From positions 572,316 to 636,315 of the forward strand of contig MU004240.1 in the NCBI GenBank assembly GCA_010405405.1: DNA of 64,000 nucleotides, given 5' to 3'. The stretch is from Microthyrium microscopicum (taxonomy: Eukaryota). The notes beneath the pieces were generated by a model that worked only from the letters and a program-made list of their open reading frames with translations, made no database searches and was not told where the DNA came from. Both the position numbers and the translations under genes were made by a program. Shown here in pieces: positions 12,079 to 24,035 of this stretch (its first letter is position 1; the number at the start of each line of letters is the position of its first letter).

Positions 12079-13024
12079 ATGGCTGGTTGTAAGTGTACTC
12101 TCAGTTTGAGGATCTCGAAGCTAAACTGACCGTCCAAAGTTTGGGATTCCGTATCACAGCTTAGTGCTCATCATGGTGTAATGGTACTTCTGACTAGCTC
12201 TGTTGTTCTGCTCTGTAAGCCTACTTGAAGTAATATTTGTCTTCAAGACTTAACCGATATAGGCGTTACGGTGCTTGGATGTTCGCACTATCTTCCAGTA
12301 TCAGCCCTTCACATCGCGTCAATCACCTTTAGCAAGCCGACTATCGGTGCGACGCATAAGATGAACTCTGAATTCCGCATCGGGTACCTTGGACTGTGCT
12401 CCCGCAGTTTCAACAAGTCCTGGATATGCACCTCTCGTAGTGCACAATCACTTGAGACTGTCAACAAAAACTATTCCAATCAGTTACAGATTGCACTTCA
12501 AGCTTATCCTGGGACGGTCTATGCTATTGCTATGTAAGATTTTTTCTCAGAAACTATCTGATATCGTATATTAACAAGCGGCTAGAGCTGCGACCGTCTT
12601 GTTAGGCTGTATCTGCAATGCTCTGTTTCTGAGGTTTCCTGGCTGGCAAACTTTAGAACTTGATAAGCCGAAGACCTCTGAGTCAAAGCAGATTGGAACA
12701 GACATCAATGGATCAAAAGGCGACGAATCGAAGGACGATATTATTTACGTCATGGAGTTTCCTTCATCATATCTTCAACGAGCTGTTGGGGTATCTCTAA
12801 TACTGGCCATGTCAGTGTTATGGAGCGCACAGCTCTGGCAAGCTCTTGCAATATGGTCTGTCACCTCAGGGTTGAAAGATAAAGGTTCCAATATCGAAGC
12901 GAAGATTGGACTCCTGTCGATGGGTATGAATTGGGGCGCTTGTATCCTTTTAATTAGCGCGTCGATTCGATGGTGTTTTCAGTACACGTTGATGAGATCT
13001 GCTGAGAAATCGAAGGAGGACTAG
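12079..13024 (+). CDS. Fig1-like Ca2+ regulator / membrane-fusion protein (claudin-like, 4 TM)
   Basis: Micro first exon ATGGCTGGTT|gtaagt. Later exons read 'VLGCS...EFRIGYLGLC...WIC', 'RFPGW', 'MEFPSSYLQRAVG...AQLWQALA...MGMNWGA', which matches the Fig1 family pattern. Confidence 0.65.
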
Positions 13025-13613
13025 CAAACATGATCACGTTGCACTAGCAGTACGGGTTTGAGTTCTTCATTCAAGACCAGTTTTATGACCTTTACAATCG
13101 AAATTGGGGATCAGTTTCGTTATCATACGGAGTAGTGCCAGAAAGTTGAATTACACTGTGGCCATTGATAAATACCAGGTACCTAAGTATAGGTACGGCA
13201 TCCCCGTTAGAGAGTGTGAACAAGACTTTTGACGCCTGACAGCCGGAAGCTCTAACCCCCAGTCATAAAATTATGAAAGAAGCACCAAAAGCGTGGCCAA
13301 AATAAATGAATTGTCTGGCGAAAACTACCATCGACTGCAATGTCTGCCATAACACTTACTATAGAAAGACGCCTGTCATCCCCATCAAGTACCTACCTAC
13401 GCTCCCTATGCCAACATCCATCGCATTATCAATGGCCACAGAAAATGCCTAACCGGGAGAAACAATTTCTAGAAACAATTATAAACAATTATCAGATTGC
13501 ACAGAAAAGAAAGAGTTGCAATGTTCAGCCTGATCAAGGGGTCGAAGTGGCGGCAAGTTCCGTTCAGCTGGGGAAAAGACAAGAATTGCTTTTTCCAAAT
13601 GCTTGACTCTGCT

Positions 13614-14088
13614 TATGCCAGGGCGTGGGTCGGGTAACCCATTGGGTTCGACCCAAAATATGCGGGTTCTTGGCGTTGGGTCGGGTTTTCAAAATATTTT
13701 ACAAAACCCGTACCCAACCCAAGCCAATTAGGCTAGCCTTGGGTTAGACCTAAAGAACCCAAAGGACCCAAATTGGGGACCCATTGGATCAGTTTAGGTT
13801 TCCTTAAGTTAGAGCTAGGCCTAAAAGGGTAAAGGCTAAGCCCTTTTAGGCCTAGCCTAGACTAATTTTTAGGTCTTAGTAAGCGCTAAGCTACTTTAGG
13901 CCTTAGCTTCGACCCAAATGGGTTCTTAGTAAAGCCAAATCTACTTACTAAGCGACCCATGGGGCTAACCTAAAAAGATTAGGTTGGGTTGGGTCGGGTC
14001 GTAAAAGTTATAAAACCCGACCCACGTGGGTTGGGTTTTGAAATTACAATACCCGTACCCAACCCGACCCAACCCATGCCCAGGCATA
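13614..14088. mobile_element. Non-autonomous hAT-like DNA transposon (475 bp)
   Basis: TIRs tatgccagggcgtgggtcgggt / acccaacccatgcccaggcata. Perfect 8-bp TSD ACTCTGCT at 13606-13613 and 14089-14096. Many subterminal GGGTT/AACCC and GGGTC/GACCC motifs; TpA-rich core. Confidence 0.9.
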
Positions 14089-14839
14089 ACTCTGCTATTG
14101 ACTTCCAAGCATAACTTCGCGAAGACAACCTTACAGCTATGGGGGCTGTTCCTTTTTATCGTAAGGTAAAATGGCAGATTAAATTGCCCTCTCAAGCTAC
14201 CATATATAGAGTTCGGCGAAGAAATTATTTCCATACGATATTGTTTTAGTGAAGTTATCGTGAGGAACTATAACGGAGTCAACTCCGCGGCAGCAACAAC
14301 AACAAATTTATGACTTTTTCAGCTCAGGCGCGTCGACAAATCAAACCATGCGCCCAGCATTTCGGAGCGCCTTTGGCTTTTTATACACCATGCACCAGGG
14401 CGGCAATGCTCTAGATTTGTCTCTCTGTTCAATTCTTGGCGGCCTTCTTGTCACAACACCACTCACATCTCTTTCAACCCCCGCAACTGGCGTCACCCCT
14501 AGTGATGGCTGGCGTTAATGTCCAGCCTCGAACCTTTGTCCTCTATTCCGTTTTTACAGCCAAGCACCAGTGGTTTGCTCCGCCGTGTCAAGTGCGCACG
14601 AAGCAGTTGATGCCAAGTTTCAGCAGAGCCCCATGGCGATGAAGGTAGGCGAACCGCAAAAAGGGGAAGGTCCGCCGCAGATCTTGGTGTTTTGCGATGG
14701 ACCTTAATTCTTTCTTTGGCGCAGGTCTTTACAAAATGAGCAATACAATCATTTGAACTATACCCACACTCTTTGTCTATCGACTTGTTGAACTCCTATC
14801 AATCGTTTCGAATTCTCGGGGCCTCTCTTAGGAGTCGAG

Positions 14840-17800
14840 ATGGCCAAGGAGTCGGAGTTTAACACTGGACAGAGGAACGTTAACGACGGAAAATTCGGAT
14901 CGCGCCGATATCTCATCAAAATATACTCTCTTTTCGCTCTTTTAATCGTCACACTCGCTTTGATCGGAATCCTCGAGTATGCGAATCGAGGACTGCCAAC
15001 CAACTCCGGAGCGCATTACAATCCATTGAGCACGGGAACCGAATCCATTTCTCATACAGCAAAAGCCACCTCTAGTGGCCAGAGTACTCTTTTGGTCACA
15101 AAGACGGGCAATGTTCGGAAACGACAAGTTCAGACTTTAGTCCCAGGAAATGTATCAGTCGACATAACTTCGACTTCTTCGTCCTCTTCGCTATCAACTT
15201 CATCCTCTGCATCAATCACAGCAGCTACAACTGAGCTGTTTGTTCCTCCAGTAGTCACTGCCGCTCCAGCATCAACATGTCCAGGTGTCTCTCAAGGATG
15301 TACTTGCCCATCTGACAACGAAGTCCCGGACTGTAGTTGTACTGTAAATTCTGCGGCCGCCATCTGCACTTGTACATTTCTCAGCGACACGCCAGATGAA
15401 TCTGGAGCCAACACTCATTACTTTCGACAATGTACCTGTCCCCCAGATCCATGTACAACGTGCATGTGTCCAGCTGGTAAGTAAATTCCCATATGACTCG
15501 TACCCAACGTTGGCATCGTTCTGTGTTCTGGTGTAAATGCGCTATCGTTCGAGGCTAGCCGTCGAAACTCTAGCGAAATGTCATTCCTTTCTCAATTGCT
15601 ATGCGACCCACCGCATGACAAAATATGTGGCGCGCTCCCATCCACTACGATGGCTACTATAATTCACGCTTCGTTATCGAGTGCTTTATTTACCATACAA
15701 GACGCTCGAGCTTTCACGCCTTATCGAATGCATTGGCAAATATAGCACCTCGTGATGAAAAGAGATACTGGAAGCCATCAGCGTTACTGGGAGCGTGCCA
15801 TTTATCTTTGCCATGCATTTTGCGGCTTCTCATCAACCCCCCTGATCAGCAAACAAAAACTAACAGGAATAGACCCGTCTGGAGTATCTTCCCGTAGAAC
15901 GCCCTGTTCATGTCCTGAAGATCCAGTTGCATCAGGCTGCTCTTGTGTAAGCTCAGCTCCGTTCGACTCTACATTGACGATGTGTGATGGTGCTCGAACC
16001 TGTACATGTGGTGTACTTGTCAAGCAAGCGCAATGTGTTCCGCCAGTGGCCGTCTCAAGTTCGTCCAGTACTAGCACAACATCGACAACATCGACTCCTG
16101 AGCCCGTAACAAACTCTACGACATCATCTAGCACTATTTTCCCTTCCTTTACTCCAGTCATCAACACAACGGACATATCCTCAAGCTCTTTTCCATCTCC
16201 GTCTTCGAGCATAGTATCGAGCGTCACGCCCATTGCCACGTTGAATTCGACAACCCCTATAATTCGCCAGACGCCAATTCCGTCTATTGCTCCGAACTTA
16301 ACAACTACCTTCGATCCCACTGCCAATTGCCTCGGGGCAGAAACAGGTTGTGCCTCGATTCCCATGGTAATACTGACGACCACCATAAACGAGAATAACT
16401 TTACAACGGTTGTGCCAGTCACTATCATTCCATCTGGACCTGTTATCGCCAATAGCTCTTCCGTTCCAGCATCTCTTTCCAGCTCAATTGACCGGAGCGA
16501 AACTCCGGTAATTCTTTCTGCATCCCCACCAACGAGATTACCACCAACGACTTCCGTATCTGTATCGTCCCTTCCAGTCTCTGTCCCTCCTGGCCAAACA
16601 TCGGTTACCCCTATCGTATCAATGGTGACGACCACCAATTCTCGAAACCAAGTTATAGTAACACCAATCACTGTAACTCCCAGTGTTATTGCGCCGATTA
16701 TATCGCTATCTACCACTACGAATGCTGAAAGTAAAGTCATCGTAATCCCGGTGACGGTAGTCCCGAGCTTGCTGGCACCAATTGTGTCGTTATCAACCAG
16801 CACCAATTCTCAGGGTCAAGTTTTCGTCAACTCAGTCACTATTACACCTACAGCAACTCCGTTGGCACCCTCCAGACCTCCAATCTTATCCCTTTCAGTT
16901 GGTACAAATAGTCTGGGTGTGGTGACAACCGGCACAATTACTTTGACTCCTGCAACAACGGCCCCAACTGGTATTATTTTCTTCGTTTCCAACTCGCAGA
17001 TAAGCAGTGATGGTAAGTTCTCGCAAAAGACTACAAGGTCTTTTTGAAGCGCATGGACTGTCATGGTAATCTTTTCTAACGAATTGCAGGTACGGTAATT
17101 GGCGTAACACCAGTCACTTTTCTTCAAGCGCAGGCAAATCCATCTCTTCCTGCCATCACTTCTTCTGGCTCGGTTCTTAGTATTCCTACAGCTTATATCG
17201 AGCCCAATGCAACGCCAGGCCCGCAAAGTGGTGGTTCTGGAGCGGGTGGAGGAGGAGGTGGTGGTGGCGGTACAAACACACCTGGAAAGACAAGTTCGTC
17301 AAAATTCACCCTTCGCGCCTGGCCACAAGCAAAGACTTTCTTGGGAGGTTACATGCCAGTTATACTTGCCAAGTTCTACAACATGGCCTGGGGAACGGTG
17401 TTCTATGCCGCTGTCGACTCTGCTGCGGTGAACATGCTCACCAATCCCAATGGAGCCACTGTCGCGCAATTGATTAGTGGCATGGATGGCGCTGCTTGGC
17501 TGTCTTTTGTTCCGTTCATTGCATCCATGGCTGCCGTGCCTTTTGTTACGGACAGCGTGTATTTCGACACTAATTATGGATGTGACAATCCCAATCCGTT
17601 GAACCCAACAAATCCGTGTTGGCCACCCAAGATGACTGCCAATACTTGGGTCATTCGAACCGTTCAGAGTTTATTATCAGTCACTGCCCTTTCTACGGTG
17701 GTGTTGATTGCCATGTGGTTCAAAAAGCCCCATGGAAGTACAAACGATCCAACGAGCATTGCGGCAGTTGCAGCGATTGCAGGCCATCCTGATGTGCAGC

Positions 17801-18797
17801 GAGACTTTGCTGTTGACGTCAATACCAGTGAAAGTGACTTGAAGAGGATGATGAAAAACAAGCGGTATACGTTGACAGAGTTCCCTGGCGATGGTACACA
17901 ACTTTACGGCTTGGTTCCCATGAATGTTCCAGATTCTGATGGGAAGGACAGTTTTCTTTCCAAAGTGAAGGGTTTCTTCGGCTCCATCTTTGGTTCAAAG
18001 TGGAAGAACAAGGCCTTTGCTTTGGATGTGATGTTCGTCGCCTACCTTATCGGTCTTCTGGCAATTGTTGGAGTTCACATTGCCAACGTGGACAAGACCT
18101 CTTTGATGGATATTTTCCAAGGTAGCTCGGTTGGCAAAAGGATCTTCTTCGCTGTCCTTGCTGCTGTGGTTTCAATCAATCTTGGGCGTATTGAACGAGG
18201 TATGAAATCCAAAGCGTACCTACCGGATCTGCAAATAACACAAAGCTAACTATTCTTTCAGACACACAGACTTTGACCCCGTACGCGGAGTTACGAAATC
18301 TAAATGCGACGCCAAAAGAGACCATCCTGCTCCGTCGACACACCATACCCTTGACTTCAATACTTCCGATGCTCTTAAATCGACACTACTTTGCCTTCAC
18401 CGTGGCGTTTGCTGCTTTGCTAGCAGAGTTTTTGATCATCACATTGAGTGGTCTTCCCTATAGGCCTGGCCAATTGCGTTCAGAGTTTGTCTTCTGCGCC
18501 ATCAGCTCATGTATCATATTGGTGAATCTGATCATCGTGATGATCGGATCGATGGTTTGGCGCGCCTTTGTTGTACCTGAACTACCTCGCAAACCAGACA
18601 ATGTGGCAAGTGTCATGACCTATGTGTGTGAAAGTAGAATGGTCCGCGATTTTGCTGGACTAGAGAGAGCGAGTCAGAAGGAAAGAGATAAAGCGATCAT
18701 TTCATTGGATAAGAGATATGGCTATGGGATGGTTGAGAAACAAGTTGGGAAAAAGAGCTGGGCTGTTGACGATATGGGAGGAAATGCTGGGAGGTAA
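14840..18797 (+). CDS. DUF3433-type multi-pass membrane protein with Cys-rich and Ser/Thr/Pro-rich extracellular region
   Basis: Exons ~14840-15476, ~15867-17012, ~17090-18199 and ~18261-18797. N-terminal TM, then 'GGYMPVILAKFYNMAW', 'DPTSIAAVAAIAGHP', 'LTPYAEL', 'LPRKPDNVASVMTYVCESRM', 'KRYGYG'. Confidence 0.8.
15609..15822. mobile_element. MITE, third copy, inside the ~390-nt first intron of the DUF3433 gene
   Basis: Left gcatgacaaaatatgtggcgcgctccca; right tgggagcgtgccatttatctttgccatgc. Internal 'gttatcgagtgcttt' is shared with the 7505 copy, and 'ttatcgaat..a.tgg.aaatatagcacct' with the 11427 copy. Outer ends are approximate. Confidence 0.8.
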
Positions 18798-19293
18798 TCC
18801 GAAGAGTTCGATCCTTTTCGTCCTGATTTAATAATGTGAATATGGAAAACATGTTATCTGCTATATAGCGGTGCAGGACTATTTAAGTAATGTCAATGAA
18901 TATATGGATGTAGGAAGTCGATATCATCTTCAACTCTGAGAAGCTCTGTGACCTCTTCCACAAGCTTAGTAGCAGATGCAATATCATGTAGCATTTAAAG
19001 GTATGTTTGCACTGGAATATGTCGGATTTTCCAAATTTGCTCAAAGGCTTTTTGTACTGGCTTTGACAAAATGGAGTGCTTTGTCGATCGTTACCAGGAT
19101 TGAGATGATCAACAAGTGTTGGTGGATGCATCCATTGAGTGGCAAGATTGTGTCTGCCTGCTCCACCTCTCGTAGGTACTTACCTACTTAGGTAGTCAGT
19201 GATCCAACTCTCGTCTTTGATGATCCAGACTTGCGTAAATAGGCCGACAAAATCAAATCACTACACTTACCTATTGACTGCTTTCGTATCTTG

Positions 19294-21005
19294 ATGTTAC
19301 TGCCACCTTGTCTCGTGTTGGCAGTTTCAACACTCCCTTTCGTAGTCTCTGCTATTCCAGCACTTCGCACATCGCAATGGCCAATTCAGATTCCCGAGGA
19401 AGACATTCGGCTAAGCCAAAGCAATCGTGTTATGGAACAAAACGACACGATATGTGATGCTGGGTCCAAGCAATGGAGCGGAACCGTAAATCTAGGAAAA
19501 GGAAGAGACATGTTTTTCTGTAAGATATCAATTGGCTACCTCTCAACAAGACCTGTCTGTACTGTAGTCTCATGAGCTGATGGTTCCTAAGGGTATTTTG
19601 AGAGCCTCAGTCATCCGAAAGATGACCCTTTAATTATCTGGTTGAATGGGTATGTTTATTCCTCAAGTACTTGGGTATATAACATCAGATTTATCCTCAT
19701 CTGTTCATAGTGGACCAGGAGCCTCGTCTATGCTTGGCTCGTTCTATGAAATAGGGGCGTGTTTAGTTGACAAGACCCAGAATTCAACATATCGCAACCC
19801 AAACAGCTGGACAAATCTTGCAAATATCGTGTTTATTGAGTGATCAAGCACCCGCTTCATGTAGGGAAACATATTCGCTAACGTTCGCAGTCAACCCATT
19901 GGCACTGGCTTTTCATACACCGAGGATCGGAAACTCTGGGCTCAAACTCTTCAAGACGCAACTTTGGATTTCGACAAATTTCTGGACGGTTTCTTCGCCC
20001 TCTTCCCTCAGCTAGACAACGGAAAACGTGATGTTCACTTTGTTGGTGAATCATTTGGAGGCCAATATGCTCCTCATTATGCGGCTGCTACAAGGCGGGA
20101 TTTTGCATCGATCATTCTTATAAACCCCTGGATTGACCCTGTATATCACGTCCTAGCTCGATGGGAGCATATATGTGCTTCTGGTAAGGATTATATGCAC
20201 TTTAATCAAACACTTTGCGTGCATATGGAAGAAGGCTATTCAACATGCGAGACTCATGGAAACGAGTGTCAACTCACGCAAAATCCAAGTATATGTCTAG
20301 AGGCGTTCAACGTATGCCTCTCTGGCATTCAAAAGTGGGTTGAAATGGGCATGGAACATCGGGATTGGTATGATGACAGGAACAAATGCTTGAAGCCTGA
20401 GGATTGTGATTCTGGTAAGGCTCGTCCTTCTCACTAATGCACATTTCGGGGGCCACTGACTTCTCCAAAATAGGATTCTCCCCTGTCAGACGATATCTTG
20501 ATTCAGACAGTGTGAAGAAAGCTCTCGGATTGAAATCATCTTTCAAATACGATCCAATGAATGAAGCTTTCAACGAAAAATGGACAAATGGTGTTGATGC
20601 TACAGTTCCCTCAACCCGGCAGATCGCTACTTTACTGGACGCGAAAGATACCAAAGTTCTAATCTTGAACGGGAACAATGACATCTCAGTGTAAGTGTGC
20701 TCTCATCTATCTGATTGGTTCTAGGCGCTGACCAATATGTGTGTAGACCAACTGCAAGCCTCGTCAGAACGCTAGATAACCTGCCCTGGAGTAAGCACGC
20801 AGCTTATCTCACCAAAAAGCTGTCGCCCTGGTACTACAAAGATTCCAGTGGTTCTCAACAGCTCGGGGGCGAATTGAAGCAAGTTGGTAACTTGGCTTTA
20901 GTCACTGTCAACAACGCAGGACATATGAATGTTCACGATCAGCCGATAGCGACCTTATCCATCTTACAAAAATGGTTGAAAAGTAGGAAGTTATCAGTTG
21001 AGTAG
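19294..21005 (+). CDS. Secreted serine carboxypeptidase (peptidase S10, CPY-like)
   Basis: Signal peptide; 'DDPLIIWLNG/GPGASSMLG', 'NPNSWTNLANIVFI', catalytic 'GESFGG', 'LNGNND' and 'NAGHM'. Multiple introns. Confidence 0.93.
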
Positions 21006-21698
21006 CAAGTGGTGCGGTATGAACAAAAGTCATGGTTGAATATGGTCATTACCTTTCAGTCCATCATGCGACCTTCGAATATAGCTCGCTGAACAATTTC
21101 CGCGTAATATCGAATGAATGCAGCCTCCTTAGCAATGTAATGTGTTCCCCAAGCAATCAAACAATTCTCAATAGCCTTATCTTGAAGTAGATGTCAACCT
21201 CTTGTCGTCTTTTGTGAGGAGGATGAACGGCCCGATTGAACCCTAAATTCCCAAGACTGACGGTCCGTTCCAACAAAACTACTACCTTCTACTATACCAT
21301 TTGATTGATTTCTGTTCCCTAGAATACCAATATAAGCCAGGAATGCGAGCCAATGATCAGCTCAAGCCATGGTCAATGCCACAGGTCACAATTATCCGTG
21401 GAGCTCGTATATCTTGGATTCTTAGTTCAACATAATGAAATTAGCCAAATAGTATACGATCTCCCCAGATCGTACTAAGTGTCAGTCCAGTCAAATATAC
21501 AACTTCGATTCGTATCTGATATCTTGCGGGTACTTCGCGGGAGATCGACGAACTAGTGATTGATTATCACGCTTTCATATATATCTTGCTTCAAACTGCT
21601 TTCGGTTTCGTGAGATGTAGTGTTTGTGGTGCCTATTTTGACCTGAGTACTGTCTTTACCTACGTCGTAAATTTCAAGAGCTGTCGATCCCAACCGCC

Positions 21699-23869
21699 AT
21701 GGCTCCACCAGCTGCATTAGAGAATGCCACCGTTCCGAATACTCTGCCCAAGGAAGCCGCGAAAGAGATCAGTACCATTGCCGTCGAATCAGTTGATTCT
21801 ATACAAACAGATAACATACCAAATCTGGTTGAGAAACCAAAGACCGCCACTAGCACCACATCTGCCCCAGCAGCAGAGAAGCCTTCGATCACTGCCAAAT
21901 TGGCCGCTACTCTACCCTTCTCCATTCCCGAAGTCAGAGCTAAATACATCACCGAACGCGACAAAAGACTGCGCCCCGACGGCAACAAACAATATGGCGA
22001 ATTCAAAGGCGACTTCGCCCACTATCTAGACGACCCATACATACCCAAAACACCCCGCGAGCCACGCACAGTAGACATAGACTTCCTCATCCTAGGCGGC
22101 GGATTCGGTGGTCTCTGTCTAGCTGCTGAATTGACTAAAGTTGGCGTCAATGACTTCTTGATTGTGGACAAAGCTGGTGACTTTGGAGGAACTTGGTACT
22201 GGAATCGCTATCCTGGCGCTGCTTGTGATATAGGTAATAACTCTCCCTCGCAGAGAGGAGTGTATGCTAACGTGGTTCAGAGAGCTACATCTACCTCCCT
22301 CTCCTCGAGGAAACTGGCTACATCCCTAGCGAGAAATACGTTCGCGCGCACGAACTTCTGGCTCATTGTACCCGCATTGGCAAACACTTTGACCTGCACC
22401 GCCGCGCGCTCTTCCACACTCAAGTTACTTCTCTCGTCTGGGACGACAAAGTGCATCGATGGACAGTTTACACTGACCGCGGGGATGTCATTCGTGCTCG
22501 CTTCGCCGCGAGTGCAAGTGGACCACTCAATATGCCTAAGCTCCCGGGCGTACCTGGCGTTGGCACGTTCAAGGGCCATAGCTTCCATACAAGTCGCTGG
22601 GACTATGCGTATACGGGCGGCGATTCGGCGGGCGGACTGGATAAGTTGGCTAACAAACGCGTCGGCTTTATAGGGACAGGCGCGACAGGCGTGCAAGTTG
22701 TCCCGCATTTGGGCGCTGGTGTGCAGAAAGGTGATGGCAAATTGTTTGTCTTTCAGCGTACGCCGTCGACGGTATTTTGGCGGGGAAATAAGAAGACAGA
22801 TGAGGAGTGGGCGAAGAACCTCAAGCCTGGGTGGCAGAGGGGGCGGCAGGATGACTTTATGAAGGCCATGGCGGGTGGACAGGGCCAGGATCTAGTGGGC
22901 GATGAGTGGACGGCGATCTCGCGTTGGATGAGAGAGAAAGAATTGGCGAAAATGGAAGGGTTTTGGGGCGAGTATGGGAGTTTGTTGGAGTTGGCGGATA
23001 TGTGGAATATGGATCGAGCGAGGGGGCGATGCGAGAGCGTTGTGAAGGATGGGAAGACAGCAGAGGCGTTAAAGCCTTGGTATCGCCAGTTCTGCAAGAG
23101 ACCGACGTTTCATGATGAATATCTAGAGACATTCAACTTGAGTAACGTAGAGCTGGTGGATACAAAAGGGCAAGGCGTGGATAGAATTACGGAAAAGGGT
23201 GTTGTTGTGGATGGGAAAGAGTATGAGCTTGATTGTCTGGTATATGGCACTGGATTCGAAGTCTGGACTCCTTATTCGCGTCGATCTGGCTTTGAGGTGT
23301 ATGGAAAGAACGGAGAGACAATGACAGAGAAGTGGAGCGATGGTGTACGGACACTGCATGGTCTTTTCATGAACAACTTTCCCAACCTCTTCATAATGAC
23401 CAACGCACAGTCAGCTTTCACGGCAAACTTCGTTCATGCCATTGGGAGGCAGGCGGAACACATCGCCTGGATTATTCAACAGTCAAACGAAAAAGGAATT
23501 GAAACGGTCGAAGCAACAAAAGAGGCTGAAAATGCCTGGGGCGAAACAATCATCGCCACATCTCGTCTAAACCTGGAGTTCCAGCAGAACTGTACTCCGG
23601 GCTATTACAATCTTGAAGGCGATATTGATGGCTCTCTGCTATTCAAGAGAAGCGGCAACTATGGCCTTGGACCAATCGCGTTCTTCAAGCTAATGGAGGA
23701 GTGGCGAGAGAAGGGCGAGTTTGAGGGCCTACAGTTGACTGCTTTCGAAGGAAATGTAGTCGAGCCAAAGACACAGAGCGGTGGAAATGGCAACATCGAA
23801 GCTGGAGAGGCAAACGGAGTAACCAAGTTGAGCATGGCGACCGAACCGATAGTGGTCGCAGCAGCATGA
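21699..23869 (+). CDS. Type I Baeyer-Villiger monooxygenase (cyclohexanone monooxygenase-like)
   Basis: GGGFGG, 'GGTWYWNRYPGAACDI/ESYIYLP', BVMO fingerprint 'FKGHSFHTSRWD', second Rossmann motif 'GTGATG', 'CKRP', 'CTPGYYN'. Intron 22234-22280. Confidence 0.95.
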
Positions 23870-24035
23870 AGGACCTGCTTATCTTTCGTTGGTACAGAAG
23901 TTTAGTTCATCGATTCGATCTGTATATATTCTATCCTCCGTATATTCGCGAAACTGTCCTGTATATACATCAACACAACACATATAGCTTACATCGCAGT
24001 ACACATCCGAAAGCTGCAACTTGAAAAATGATAAA

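Noticed and set aside
13620..14080. GGGTT/AACCC runs as interstitial telomeric repeats or a CRISPR-like array
   Set aside because: Not TTAGGG tandem arrays and no repeat-spacer periodicity; they are subterminal motifs of a TSD-flanked element.
15802..16806. 334-aa antisense ORF
   Set aside because: Mirror of the Ser/Thr/Pro-rich exon on the + strand; no independent protein features.
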